A program made the position numbers and the translations under genes. Of a stretch of DNA of 38,277 nucleotides, positions 26,937 through 34,737 are shown piece after piece. How positions within the stretch are numbered: the first letter of the stretch is position 1; each line of letters starts with the position of its first letter. This DNA comes from a virus. Below the pieces are notes generated by a model. The model did no database searches. It worked only from the letters and a program-made list of their open reading frames with translations, and was not told the origin of the DNA. The DNA lies in the UHGV virus genome UHGV-0391791. One strand, written 5' to 3'.

Positions 26937-27236
26937 GTGAGAAAGTTAAGCCGACTTGAAAAATATCACATGAACAAGGTTTCAATGCGCAGTCCGTCAA
27001 AGATTGTCGCCGTTACTCCTGCGGCGATAGAGTTCGAAAAACGCGCAATTGAAAGAGAGAAAAAAGGACAGTTCCGCATTGCCGCTCACCTTTGGCTTAA
27101 GTGTATGGATGTTGCTTCTGGTGATGTTGAGCGTGCAAGGATCGCGGTTCGCAGGGACCAATGTATCACAAAAGGTAACGGCCTTCGCCGTGGCGACTAT
27201 AGCGGCATAGGATGTTGCGGGGTGGTTTATGACTAA
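26937..27236 (+). CDS. Hypothetical protein (99 aa), GTG start
   Basis: Track ORF; SD GAGAGGG upstream of GTG; overlaps the methyltransferase start. Confidence 0.4.
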   Translation: MRKLSRLEKYHMNKVSMRSPSKIVAVTPAAIEFEKRAIEREKKGQFRIAAHLWLKCMDVASGDVERARIAVRRDQCITKGNGLRRGDYSGIGCCGVVYD

Positions 27237-27879
27237 GAAATACACGCTAATCTATGCAGATCCACCCTGGGTATACCGGGACAAAGCCGCAGATGGTAAT
27301 CGCGGTGCCGGTTTTAAATATCCGGTTATGAGTGTGCTGGATATCTGCCGCCTTCCTGTGTGGGATTTGGCCGATGAAAACTGTCTGTTGGCCATGTGGT
27401 GGGTGCCAACACAACCACTCGAAGCACTAAAAGTTGTTGAAGCCTGGGGATTCCGTCTGATGACCATGAAGGGTTTCACGTGGATAAAATGTGGTAGTCG
27501 ACAACCAGATAAACTGGTTATGGGTATGGGACACATGACTCGCGCCAATAGTGAAGATTGCCTGTTTGCGGTAAAGGGAAAATTACCTACGCGCATTAAT
27601 GCAGGGATCGTTCAGTCATTTACCGCACCGCGGCTTGAGCATTCAAGAAAACCAGATGTCGTTCGTGAAAAACTTGTGCAATTGTTAGGCGATGTTTCTC
27701 GCATTGAACTGTTCGCCCGCCAGTCGTCTCATGGCTTCGATGTTTGGGGTAATCAGTGCGAAGACCCGGCAGTGCAACTACATCCTGGATACGCGTTGGA
27801 TATTGGCGGATTAACAAATGCATTCAGCAATGCTCCGCTGTCACCAACAGACAACCAGGGGCGGGAGCGTGCAGCATGA
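27229..27879 (+). CDS. MT-A70-family N6-adenine DNA methyltransferase (216 aa)
   Basis: Track ORF; catalytic motif DPPW (LIYADPPWVY) near the N-terminus. Confidence 0.8.
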   Translation: MTKKYTLIYADPPWVYRDKAADGNRGAGFKYPVMSVLDICRLPVWDLADENCLLAMWWVPTQPLEALKVVEAWGFRLMTMKGFTWIKCGSRQPDKLVMGMGHMTRANSEDCLFAVKGKLPTRINAGIVQSFTAPRLEHSRKPDVVREKLVQLLGDVSRIELFARQSSHGFDVWGNQCEDPAVQLHPGYALDIGGLTNAFSNAPLSPTDNQGRERAA

Positions 27880-28070
27880 ACAGGGCATCACCAGCAGATT
27901 TAAGGAAATGCCTTGAAACTGCAAACATGCTTGCACACAGCGGGATCAGGTTTGTTCCAGTTCCAGCTGTCACTGATGCTGAATTTGCAACACTGTCAGC
28001 AATATTCGCAGATAAAATTGAATCACTGGCAGCAGAAGCCGAGATGGAAGAAAATCAGCAGAATAATTAA
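27876..28070 (+). CDS. Hypothetical small protein (64 aa, MNRASPADLRK...)
   Basis: In-frame part of track ORF 27756..28070; ATG overlaps the methyltransferase stop. Confidence 0.4.
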   Translation: MNRASPADLRKCLETANMLAHSGIRFVPVPAVTDAEFATLSAIFADKIESLAAEAEMEENQQNN

Positions 28071-28073
28071 ACG

Positions 28074-29324
28074 TTATTCCCCCGCCATCCACTTCTCAAA
28101 CTTCGACGGGGAGAACGGAATCAGATCCGTATGCTCCCCGTTAATCCAGGAATCAATCATATCGGCCCACTGCTGCAACATGTAGGCGCGCTGTCTGGCG
28201 TATTCCGCTTTGTTATATACGGCGCGCACACCTTTCTGCTCATGTGCCAGAGCCTTTTCAATCCAGTCTGAAGGATAACCAGCCTCATGCAACAACGTAC
28301 TGGCTGTACGGCGCATATCGTGTACGGTGAAGCCCTGAATATGCTCACCATCTTCATTTATTATTTTCACCGTTCTGTCGATCAGAGAGTTCAGCGCGGC
28401 ATTAGATAATGGCTTCCGGAAATTGTAACGACCAGGAACCAGATATTCACTTCCACCAGCGCACATCTGCAACCCAACCAATATATCCTGTGCCTGTTTA
28501 GGCAGGTAAATAACGTGCGCCCGGCTTCCCTTCATGCGGTCTGAAGGAATTGTCCATGTCCATTTTTTAAAATCTATTTCATCCCACGTTGCATTGGTGA
28601 ATTCGCCTTTACGAACCATAGTGATAAGCACCAGCTTTAAAGCCATTTTCATAGTGCCCATAGCACCAATGGCATCCAGCGTGCGGAAGAACAGGCCAAT
28701 TTCTTCTGGTGTCAGTGTTCGCTCTCGTGGTTTAAATATGGCGATAGACGAAGGTTTAATGTCAGCCGCAGGATTAAACAAACCATGACCACGGTCATTG
28801 GCGTGACGGTATACGCTGCTGATGATCTCCCTGGCCTGTACTGCTGTTGCACGGCCACCGCGTTCGACAATCCGGTCACACAAATCACGAACCATCGATG
28901 TGGTAATTTCAGCCATCATTTTGTTGCCAAGAACCGGAAGTATGTCACGGTCGATCACCGCCTGCTTCATTGCGCGGGTACTGTCAGCCAGGATGACGTG
29001 TTTCATATAACTGTCGGTATGTACCGCAAACGTCTCGGCACCACGAATCTTTTTGATACCGTCACGTTTAGCCGCAGCCGGCGACTGGCCTGCTTTAAGC
29101 AGCTTCTTTGCAGCAATCAGTTCTTCTCGCGCTTCTGCCAGGCTGATACCGTCACGCCCATACTGCCCGATTACCAGTGTTTCGCGGCGACCGTTGATAC
29201 GGTAGTCATAGCGAAACGAGACCGTGCCTGACGTAAGCACAGCTACATACAGCCCGTCACGATCGGAGACCTTGTACAGTTTGTCCTGCGGCTTGAGGTT
29301 TTTTAATTTTGTATCGGTAAGCAC
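28074..29324 (-). CDS. int: Tyrosine integrase, P4-type (416 aa)
   Basis: Track ORF; N-terminus MLTDTKLKNLKP...LYVAVLTSGTVSFRYDYR typical of P4-like integrases; C-terminal catalytic region HDMRRT...VRAVYNKAEY. Confidence 0.9.
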   Translation of the reverse strand: MLTDTKLKNLKPQDKLYKVSDRDGLYVAVLTSGTVSFRYDYRINGRRETLVIGQYGRDGISLAEAREELIAAKKLLKAGQSPAAAKRDGIKKIRGAETFAVHTDSYMKHVILADSTRAMKQAVIDRDILPVLGNKMMAEITTSMVRDLCDRIVERGGRATAVQAREIISSVYRHANDRGHGLFNPAADIKPSSIAIFKPRERTLTPEEIGLFFRTLDAIGAMGTMKMALKLVLITMVRKGEFTNATWDEIDFKKWTWTIPSDRMKGSRAHVIYLPKQAQDILVGLQMCAGGSEYLVPGRYNFRKPLSNAALNSLIDRTVKIINEDGEHIQGFTVHDMRRTASTLLHEAGYPSDWIEKALAHEQKGVRAVYNKAEYARQRAYMLQQWADMIDSWINGEHTDLIPFSPSKFEKWMAGE

Positions 29325-29339
29325 AATTCACCCGTATAG

Positions 29340-29620
29340 AAACCATTTTCATGACGGTATGAGAGTATACCTTTAAGGTAATACCGTCACCTGTACCGCC
29401 GAAAAATATGGTGTAGAGTGAATAGAAATGAATACATAAAAACAAAAACCCTCTGCAAAAACAGAGGGTTGAGTTGGCATCTGAATAGGAATGATTTGCT
29501 ATGAGTTAGCTGTTAATCATTCCCACTCAATTATTTACGATACACATAAACAATTGACTGATAACAACTTTCTTCCAAATGATTTTCACCGTACCGTTTT
29601 ATATACCGTCACCGGAAATC
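29340..29620. other. Candidate attP: arm-type repeats TACCGTCACC (29382, 29604; inverted copy 29352; partial 29587) flanking a 9-bp inverted repeat GGAATGATT/AATCATTCC (29488..29523)
   Basis: Repeats read directly from the sequence; location adjacent to the integrase start. Confidence 0.35.
29438..29468 (-). terminator. Rho-independent terminator ending the leftward tailspike-lysis operon before the integrase
   Basis: Minus strand CCCTCTG-loop-CAGAGGG followed by TTTTTGTTTTT. Confidence 0.6.
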
Positions 29621-30116
29621 AGTGCCACGATTTTTGCTTCTTCAGTGAATCGTATTGCTGTTCGCAGGATTCTCCTGCAATCCGATACTTTTCAGCCTCA
29701 GCTGCTGTTGCGTTGTAAACTCGGTTGCTTTCTTCAAGCATGTCGGCGAGCACACCGATGACCTTGCTGGCTGGCGTGCCAGTGGGGAAAGATCCGGTAT
29801 AGTGTTCGGCGAGTCGCTTGGTTTTGTCAAGCTCGGCGCGCAGGCTGTCAGCAGCGGCATTAGCATGCTCAGCATCAACACGCGCCACATCGATACGGGA
29901 CTGTGCTTCACGTTCAATTTGTGTTTTCTCCTGATCACGTTGTGACCTGGCCTTATCATCAGCCTGTTTCTGATCTTCCTGTGCCTGCGCATACCCGGCG
30001 TCGTACTGACGACTGCCGTGTGCATTCCAGGCTACAACTCCTGATATGACCAGAACAGCAAGCATCGCCATGATAACCAACTGTTTCCAGTATGCTTTTG
30101 CGAATGCCCAGATCAT
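29619..30116 (-). CDS. i-spanin (Rz-like; 165 aa) with N-terminal TM helix and coiled coil
   Basis: Track ORF; N-terminal WKQLVIMAMLAVLVISGVVAW, charged helical body; follows the endolysin. Confidence 0.55.
   Translation of the reverse strand: MIWAFAKAYWKQLVIMAMLAVLVISGVVAWNAHGSRQYDAGYAQAQEDQKQADDKARSQRDQEKTQIEREAQSRIDVARVDAEHANAAADSLRAELDKTKRLAEHYTGSFPTGTPASKVIGVLADMLEESNRVYNATAAEAEKYRIAGESCEQQYDSLKKQKSWH
29642..29890 (-). CDS. o-spanin (Rz1-like lipoprotein) embedded in the +1 frame of the i-spanin gene
   Basis: Internal start of track ORF 29642..30025; lipobox LLTAC; Pro-rich mature region. Confidence 0.45.
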   Translation of the reverse strand: MWRVLMLSMLMPLLTACAPSLTKPSDSPNTIPDLSPLARQPARSSVCSPTCLKKATEFTTQQQLRLKSIGLQENPANSNTIH

Positions 30117-30742
30117 ACCGCCAGCACCTTACTGGCAGTGATGTACCGCGCGCGCCGGTCGTCGATGCCGTTCCGGCCACCATTGATAATCAGAGTTACA
30201 CGTGCAATATCGCCGGTATACTTCATGCATCCTTTGCTGGCAAAGAACCACGCCGCGCTACGAGCCGCGTATTCGTCCTGCGCCAGCAGTTCAGGACTCT
30301 CCAGCAGGTCAACCTTAAGACCGTTTCCACAGTCACGATAGTTATTCAAACCGGTAATCTGGATAAGTCCGCGACCACGGTAATTCCAGCCATCACCAGA
30401 GGCATTGTTACCCATGCGTTTGCTGTACACCAGATTTGCGATCGCGCGCTGGCGCTCAAGTGGCAATGGTGGCTCACCAGCACGGCGGCCCAGTGCGTTA
30501 GCCTGTCCCTGGGTGAGACGCCCAGCCCGAACGAAGTTAGCCAGTCCGGTGACGCTGTAGTTGAAATTTTCCTGCAACCGGTTGAAGCCACCAGACTCAT
30601 GCCCGACCTGAGCAATAAACATTGCCTGATCTTCGGGTTTGCTGATACCAAACTCTTTCATCGCAGAAGTTATATGCGAGAACCAGCGAGCGGCCAGCGC
30701 CTCGCTAATACCAGCAGCTCGCTGGAATTGTTTAATCTCCAT
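30113..30742 (-). CDS. Endolysin, glycoside hydrolase family 19-type (about 209 aa from MEIKQFQ)
   Basis: Track ORF 30113..30973; motifs VGHESGGF and NYRGRGLIQITGLNNY; internal ATG at 30742 has SD GAGGT, and the N-terminal extension overlaps the upstream membrane-protein gene. Confidence 0.8.
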   Translation of the reverse strand: MEIKQFQRAAGISEALAARWFSHITSAMKEFGISKPEDQAMFIAQVGHESGGFNRLQENFNYSVTGLANFVRAGRLTQGQANALGRRAGEPPLPLERQRAIANLVYSKRMGNNASGDGWNYRGRGLIQITGLNNYRDCGNGLKVDLLESPELLAQDEYAARSAAWFFASKGCMKYTGDIARVTLIINGGRNGIDDRRARYITASKVLAV

Positions 30743-31040
30743 GTTTAGACCTCGATATTTTGAAAATATGAACAACGTTACCGCGTGTTTTAATAACCGC
30801 GGCAAGCATGACAGCGTTGATAATGACCTCAGATAAATCCACAGCCATTGGCGTGCGTAACCAGATTGCATAGACGACACGAACAGGAATACTTGCCGCA
30901 GCAACAATAAGGAAATAAGCAAGCCACCCTCCCCATCTTCGATGTTGAGAGCCGTTACGCCGGAATGTGACAACGCGAATTGCTATGCCAGTACAAATAA
31001 CTGCATTGGTGATAAGCAAAAAAAACTCATGCGTTACCAT
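30732..31040 (-). CDS. Small membrane protein of the lysis cassette (102 aa; holin/antiholin candidate)
   Basis: Track ORF; about three hydrophobic segments; sits between the other membrane protein and the endolysin. Confidence 0.4.
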   Translation of the reverse strand: MVTHEFFLLITNAVICTGIAIRVVTFRRNGSQHRRWGGWLAYFLIVAAASIPVRVVYAIWLRTPMAVDLSEVIINAVMLAAVIKTRGNVVHIFKISRSKHGD

Positions 31041-31431
31041 CGTCTTTTCTCCCCGGAATTAACTCGCGTGGATTATCGGAACGGTGATAGAGCCAGATGC
31101 CAATACGCACGGCGACAATTGCTGACACGAATGCGCCTGCAGAGAAAACAATCCCTTTTTCAAAAGAGTCCTGCGTGATGGTAGGGATCAGGCTGGCTAT
31201 GCCGATAAGAATTGATGCTGCTGGTTTGTAAAAGAGAAGGCCGCAAAGAAAGCTGAGCATCGACAGGAGCACCCGGCGACGGATGGGGTACTCTACTGCA
31301 GAGGTAACAAAAATTACCGCCCCAGCCAAAGCCCCTAAAGCAACCTCCGGAGGGACACCTGCAATAACCGCAGCAAGAGAACTAACACTAAGCCACTGAT
31401 TTGAAGTTTCATTGGTTAGTTGGAATGACAT
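31027..31431 (-). CDS. Membrane protein (134 aa), holin candidate
   Basis: Track ORF; multiple hydrophobic helices; first gene after the tailspike. Confidence 0.45.
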   Translation of the reverse strand: MSFQLTNETSNQWLSVSSLAAVIAGVPPEVALGALAGAVIFVTSAVEYPIRRRVLLSMLSFLCGLLFYKPAASILIGIASLIPTITQDSFEKGIVFSAGAFVSAIVAVRIGIWLYHRSDNPRELIPGRKDDGNA

Positions 31432-31503
31432 AACGAAACCCGTTTATTTGCAAACACCCTGCTTCAGGAAAAGTATACCGCGCAACAACACACCATTTAC
31501 GGT

Positions 31504-33966
31504 TCAATTCCCTGTTAATTGCAAAACTTGCTCTTCCAGCTTTTTAACCCTGCGTCTCATCATCGCAGATTCCAGAATCAGAGCCTCTTCATAACGGATA
31601 CCGTAACATTCACCAGCCTCGACGGCTTCGCGTACCAGAACCTTTGTCTGTATAAGTGGGTAAACTCCTGCAGAATGCTCTTCTTCCGTCACATCCCTGT
31701 ATTCTGCCGGGGTCTCATTCCACTTGTCATAACAGATAAATGCCAGTCGTGACACATCTATGCCTTCATTCTGAAATACACTGATAACATGCTGCGCAAC
31801 TGCACCAAAGTGCCATCTTGCTCCGTCTTTACCTTTCACTTCGATCCTGTCAAGGTACTGGTATGAAACCCATTCCACTCTTTCCCATGCGTCCAGTATT
31901 TTCTCATCAATAACCTCTGGAGCAGTCTTGAAACGCGCATCGGACAGCACCGTAAACGCTGACTGGGTAAATCCCCCCGACCATGCACGACCAGCCAACC
32001 CAAGAGAATAAGTATTCGTTGTCGATGGTGTCATGGCTGAATCAGAAAACTGTATATATTCTGAATTTCCAGTAGATATTCGAATATTTCCATTTATTAG
32101 CGACATAGTGCCTTTAGTATTATCACTATTGAATAATTTCAATTGCGAACTTATACCGCCTCCCACAGCCAGAGATACATCGCCTTCAGCAAGCATTCTG
32201 AATTTATCTGCAGAAACAAGCGTCTGGTTAGCAAGGTTAAAATATTTAACCCACCATTCAAAACGCCCTGACATAGTCCCAACGTACTGACCAAGCGCAG
32301 GGACGTGAACAACATTGCTATTTGTAGTGCCGTCTATACTGGAAATACCAGTCACCGCTGATGCAGAACTCAGAATATTATTTCTGTCACCCGGATGTTT
32401 AATTTCAACAAAGTTCCTGATACACCCTTCCTCGAAGGTAACCACGCCGGAAGAACTATACATGGGGAATATTGACGCATAATTACTGCGTGCAGCATCT
32501 AAGAAACGAATGGTTGTAGATGTCTGCAGATCTCCTGATTCATTTTTCCCATCACACCCAGTCATTAGAATATTACTGGCAATATTATTATTTCCCTGAA
32601 CGGTGACTCCGTGCGCCTGCTTTGCGTCCGATTCAGAGTAATCAACCAGCACATTCGAAATCAGGTTACCAGTCCCCTTGCCAACAACTACTGCGGCGTA
32701 TTTTGGGTTGTTAGCCATTACACTGCTAATGATATTATTCGTTGGGGCAGTTTCCGTCTCAGTTCCATTGTAAACAACGTGCTGACACTCTTCACCAATA
32801 ACATTGCTGACAATGTTATATTTTGCTGCTGTTTTAAGTTCCACTGCACCAAACTGAGGATAATTTCTGGCTATCACACCATCAATTAGCGTATTTTGCG
32901 ATGAATCAAAAAGCACACAACCTGCTTTTTTATTATTTGCGAACCCTAAATACTCTCCTCTTATATCTCTAACAATGTAACCTGACGGAATACCATTATT
33001 CGGATAAGCGATCAAGCTAAATCCTGTTCCTCGCGTATTTGTAAATCTGATATTTTTAACCGATACATCATGGCCACCTGAAAATGACACCTGGTGTCCC
33101 TGCACACTATCATCTGATTTATTTCCCATAATTGTTAGCGTACTAAGCATGCCACCATCGGGCATGTTAAAAACCAGATGATTACCATCTCTGTCATACT
33201 GTTTTATCGTTCCCCCACCTGTTCCGTACAAGCCACAACGTGAAAGAGAAACTAAAGATGTATTGAATACCCCTTCCGGAACAAAAACACTGCTAAACGA
33301 ATGTAATGATTTTGTAAAAGCATCCTTGTTATCATTTAAGATTCCATTTTGAGCTCCAAAATCCTTAATGCTGACACCATCACGCATCTTATCCTGGAAC
33401 GTTCTGTATACCGCTCCAGAACCATACTGAATAAACCAACCAAAACCACCAATAACTCCGGCGATTGCAGCATCGACATAATTACGCATTGAGCGATTAT
33501 TTACAGCGTCCTGCTCAAGTGATGGATCGGCAAGGTTAGATATTCTGTTTTGCTTTGCATCGTAATATTTTGCAAGCAAAGATGGTTTCATCAATGCACG
33601 TCTGAACCACCCAAAACATCGCTGGATCAGCATCGTCAGGTAGTCAAATGCATCCTCATGAACTTCGGGGAAAAATTTTCCCTGATTGCGAAGATCAGTC
33701 TCCTGCACCACATCAAGCACACGCTCTATCGTGATTCGCCAGCCAGCAGCAAGCGGCGACGGAAGAACCACTGCACCGCCACTATAAGTTCCCGCCCCTG
33801 TTACCGTATAACCAGCATCCAGCACTAGTTTTGTAACGTTACCGTTAAGGTCAGACACCTGAACAACCAGGTCGGATTTTTTGAAAATACGGAAGGTATA
33901 CGGAAATGATGTCGTAACGCCGTTACCTGTGTATTCGTTGTGGTCAACTTCGGTTGAGACCGTCAT
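31504..33966 (-). CDS. Tailspike / tail fibre (820 aa) with C-terminal intramolecular chaperone (peptidase S74-like) domain
   Basis: Track ORF; Asn/Gly/Ser-rich central region; C-terminal block ...SDARFKTAPEVIDEKILDAWERVEWVSYQYLD...GARWHFGAVAQHV typical of self-cleaving chaperone domains. Confidence 0.8.
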   Translation of the reverse strand: MTVSTEVDHNEYTGNGVTTSFPYTFRIFKKSDLVVQVSDLNGNVTKLVLDAGYTVTGAGTYSGGAVVLPSPLAAGWRITIERVLDVVQETDLRNQGKFFPEVHEDAFDYLTMLIQRCFGWFRRALMKPSLLAKYYDAKQNRISNLADPSLEQDAVNNRSMRNYVDAAIAGVIGGFGWFIQYGSGAVYRTFQDKMRDGVSIKDFGAQNGILNDNKDAFTKSLHSFSSVFVPEGVFNTSLVSLSRCGLYGTGGGTIKQYDRDGNHLVFNMPDGGMLSTLTIMGNKSDDSVQGHQVSFSGGHDVSVKNIRFTNTRGTGFSLIAYPNNGIPSGYIVRDIRGEYLGFANNKKAGCVLFDSSQNTLIDGVIARNYPQFGAVELKTAAKYNIVSNVIGEECQHVVYNGTETETAPTNNIISSVMANNPKYAAVVVGKGTGNLISNVLVDYSESDAKQAHGVTVQGNNNIASNILMTGCDGKNESGDLQTSTTIRFLDAARSNYASIFPMYSSSGVVTFEEGCIRNFVEIKHPGDRNNILSSASAVTGISSIDGTTNSNVVHVPALGQYVGTMSGRFEWWVKYFNLANQTLVSADKFRMLAEGDVSLAVGGGISSQLKLFNSDNTKGTMSLINGNIRISTGNSEYIQFSDSAMTPSTTNTYSLGLAGRAWSGGFTQSAFTVLSDARFKTAPEVIDEKILDAWERVEWVSYQYLDRIEVKGKDGARWHFGAVAQHVISVFQNEGIDVSRLAFICYDKWNETPAEYRDVTEEEHSAGVYPLIQTKVLVREAVEAGECYGIRYEEALILESAMMRRRVKKLEEQVLQLTGN

Positions 33967-34070
33967 GTTAAATCTCCAGATAGTCGCAGCACCCGTTGCG
34001 CCGCATATCTGGTTATTCTATTACCCAAAAAACCATATATGGATAGAAAGACTGTGAATATGAATAGATA

Positions 34071-34085
34071 TTACCTTTCAGGTAA
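34071..34085. promoter_or_regulatory. Operator site TTACCTTTCAGGTAA (identical to 14864..14878) in the tailspike / antirepressor divergent region
   Basis: Perfect dyad. Confidence 0.55.
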
Positions 34086-34122
34086 TTTGCAAAACGTGCT
34101 GGATAGCAAACAAATTATTTGC

Positions 34123-34142
34123 TACTGTATAAATATACAGTT
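34123..34142. promoter_or_regulatory. LexA (SOS) box TACTGTATAAATATACAGTT
   Basis: CTGT-N8-ACAG with AT-rich spacer, close match to the E. coli consensus TACTGTATATATATACAGTA; about 20 bp upstream of the first antirepressor-module ORF. Confidence 0.65.
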
Positions 34143-34162
34143 ATTGCATGGAGAAGATTAAG

Positions 34163-34420
34163 ATGCAGCAGTATCACTATCCACTGGAAGAGGGATTTAC
34201 CGAAAGGATTCACACGCCGGGAGGCGTCAGGTCACTGGTGGAGGGATCGCACTTGATGAAATTACTCCGGGATCTCGATAAGGATGGATTTAATGTCGAT
34301 GGCCCACTTGCCGAACTGACTGCACTGATTAACTACGTCACCAGCTCACAGATGTCTATGCAGGATCTGCAAACACATCTCGACTATTGTGCCGAACAAT
34401 TACGAAAACAAACCAGATAA
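34163..34420 (+). CDS. Small protein homologous to the C-terminal domain of the downstream antirepressor (about 85 aa from MQQYHYP); candidate SOS-induced antirepressor
   Basis: In-frame part of track ORF 34148..34420; SD GGAGAAG; IHTPGGVRSLVEGSHLMKLLRDLDKDGFNVDGPLAELTALINY aligns with [43 protein letters not shown] of 34738..35394. Confidence 0.5.
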   Translation: MQQYHYPLEEGFTERIHTPGGVRSLVEGSHLMKLLRDLDKDGFNVDGPLAELTALINYVTSSQMSMQDLQTHLDYCAEQLRKQTR

Positions 34421-34451
34421 GGTTTGAAATTACCAAATGGAGTGCTTATAT

Positions 34452-34466
34452 TTACCTTTGCGGTAA
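34452..34466. promoter_or_regulatory. Operator site TTACCTTTGCGGTAA in the loop of an inverted repeat GGAGTGC/GCACTCC (34439..34482)
   Basis: Perfect dyad; flanking 7-bp inverted repeat read directly. Confidence 0.5.
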
Positions 34467-34557
34467 ATTTACATCGCACTCCTCTTGTGCCATAGTAATC
34501 GGGCACTGGCAAAATCCAGTGCCGGGATTGGTCTCCCGGATTACTAAGTGGCGCATA

Positions 34558-34579
34558 CCACGCCAGACGTGGTTTTTTT
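34558..34579 (+). terminator. Terminator-like hairpin plus T7 run inside the leader between the two antirepressor-module genes
   Basis: CCACG-ccaga-CGTGG followed by TTTTTTT; preceded by overlapping alternative hairpins at 34501..34538. Confidence 0.45.
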
Positions 34580-34737
34580 ATGCGTATAGCACAGTCATGC
34601 CAGAATTATGGTGGGCTGAATGGGGGTCCGAAAGGACGCCGGTACCACTTAGGCCGGTAAGACCAACTCCGTTCAGTTCACCACCATCTGATTGGTCTCA
34701 GCGGTGGTGATGTAATTCGCTAAGTGGAGACGCCATC

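Noticed and set aside
30743-30973. N-terminal 77-aa extension of the endolysin ORF
   Set aside because: It overlaps the membrane-protein gene 30732..31040 in another frame, lacks an RBS, and the GH19 domain begins right after the internal Met, which has an SD.
34387-34710. Track ORF (107 aa, plus strand) spanning the leader between the antirepressor-module genes
   Set aside because: Overlaps the end of the upstream gene and runs through stacked hairpins and a terminator; Trp-rich odd composition and no RBS; the region is better explained as structured non-coding RNA/DNA.
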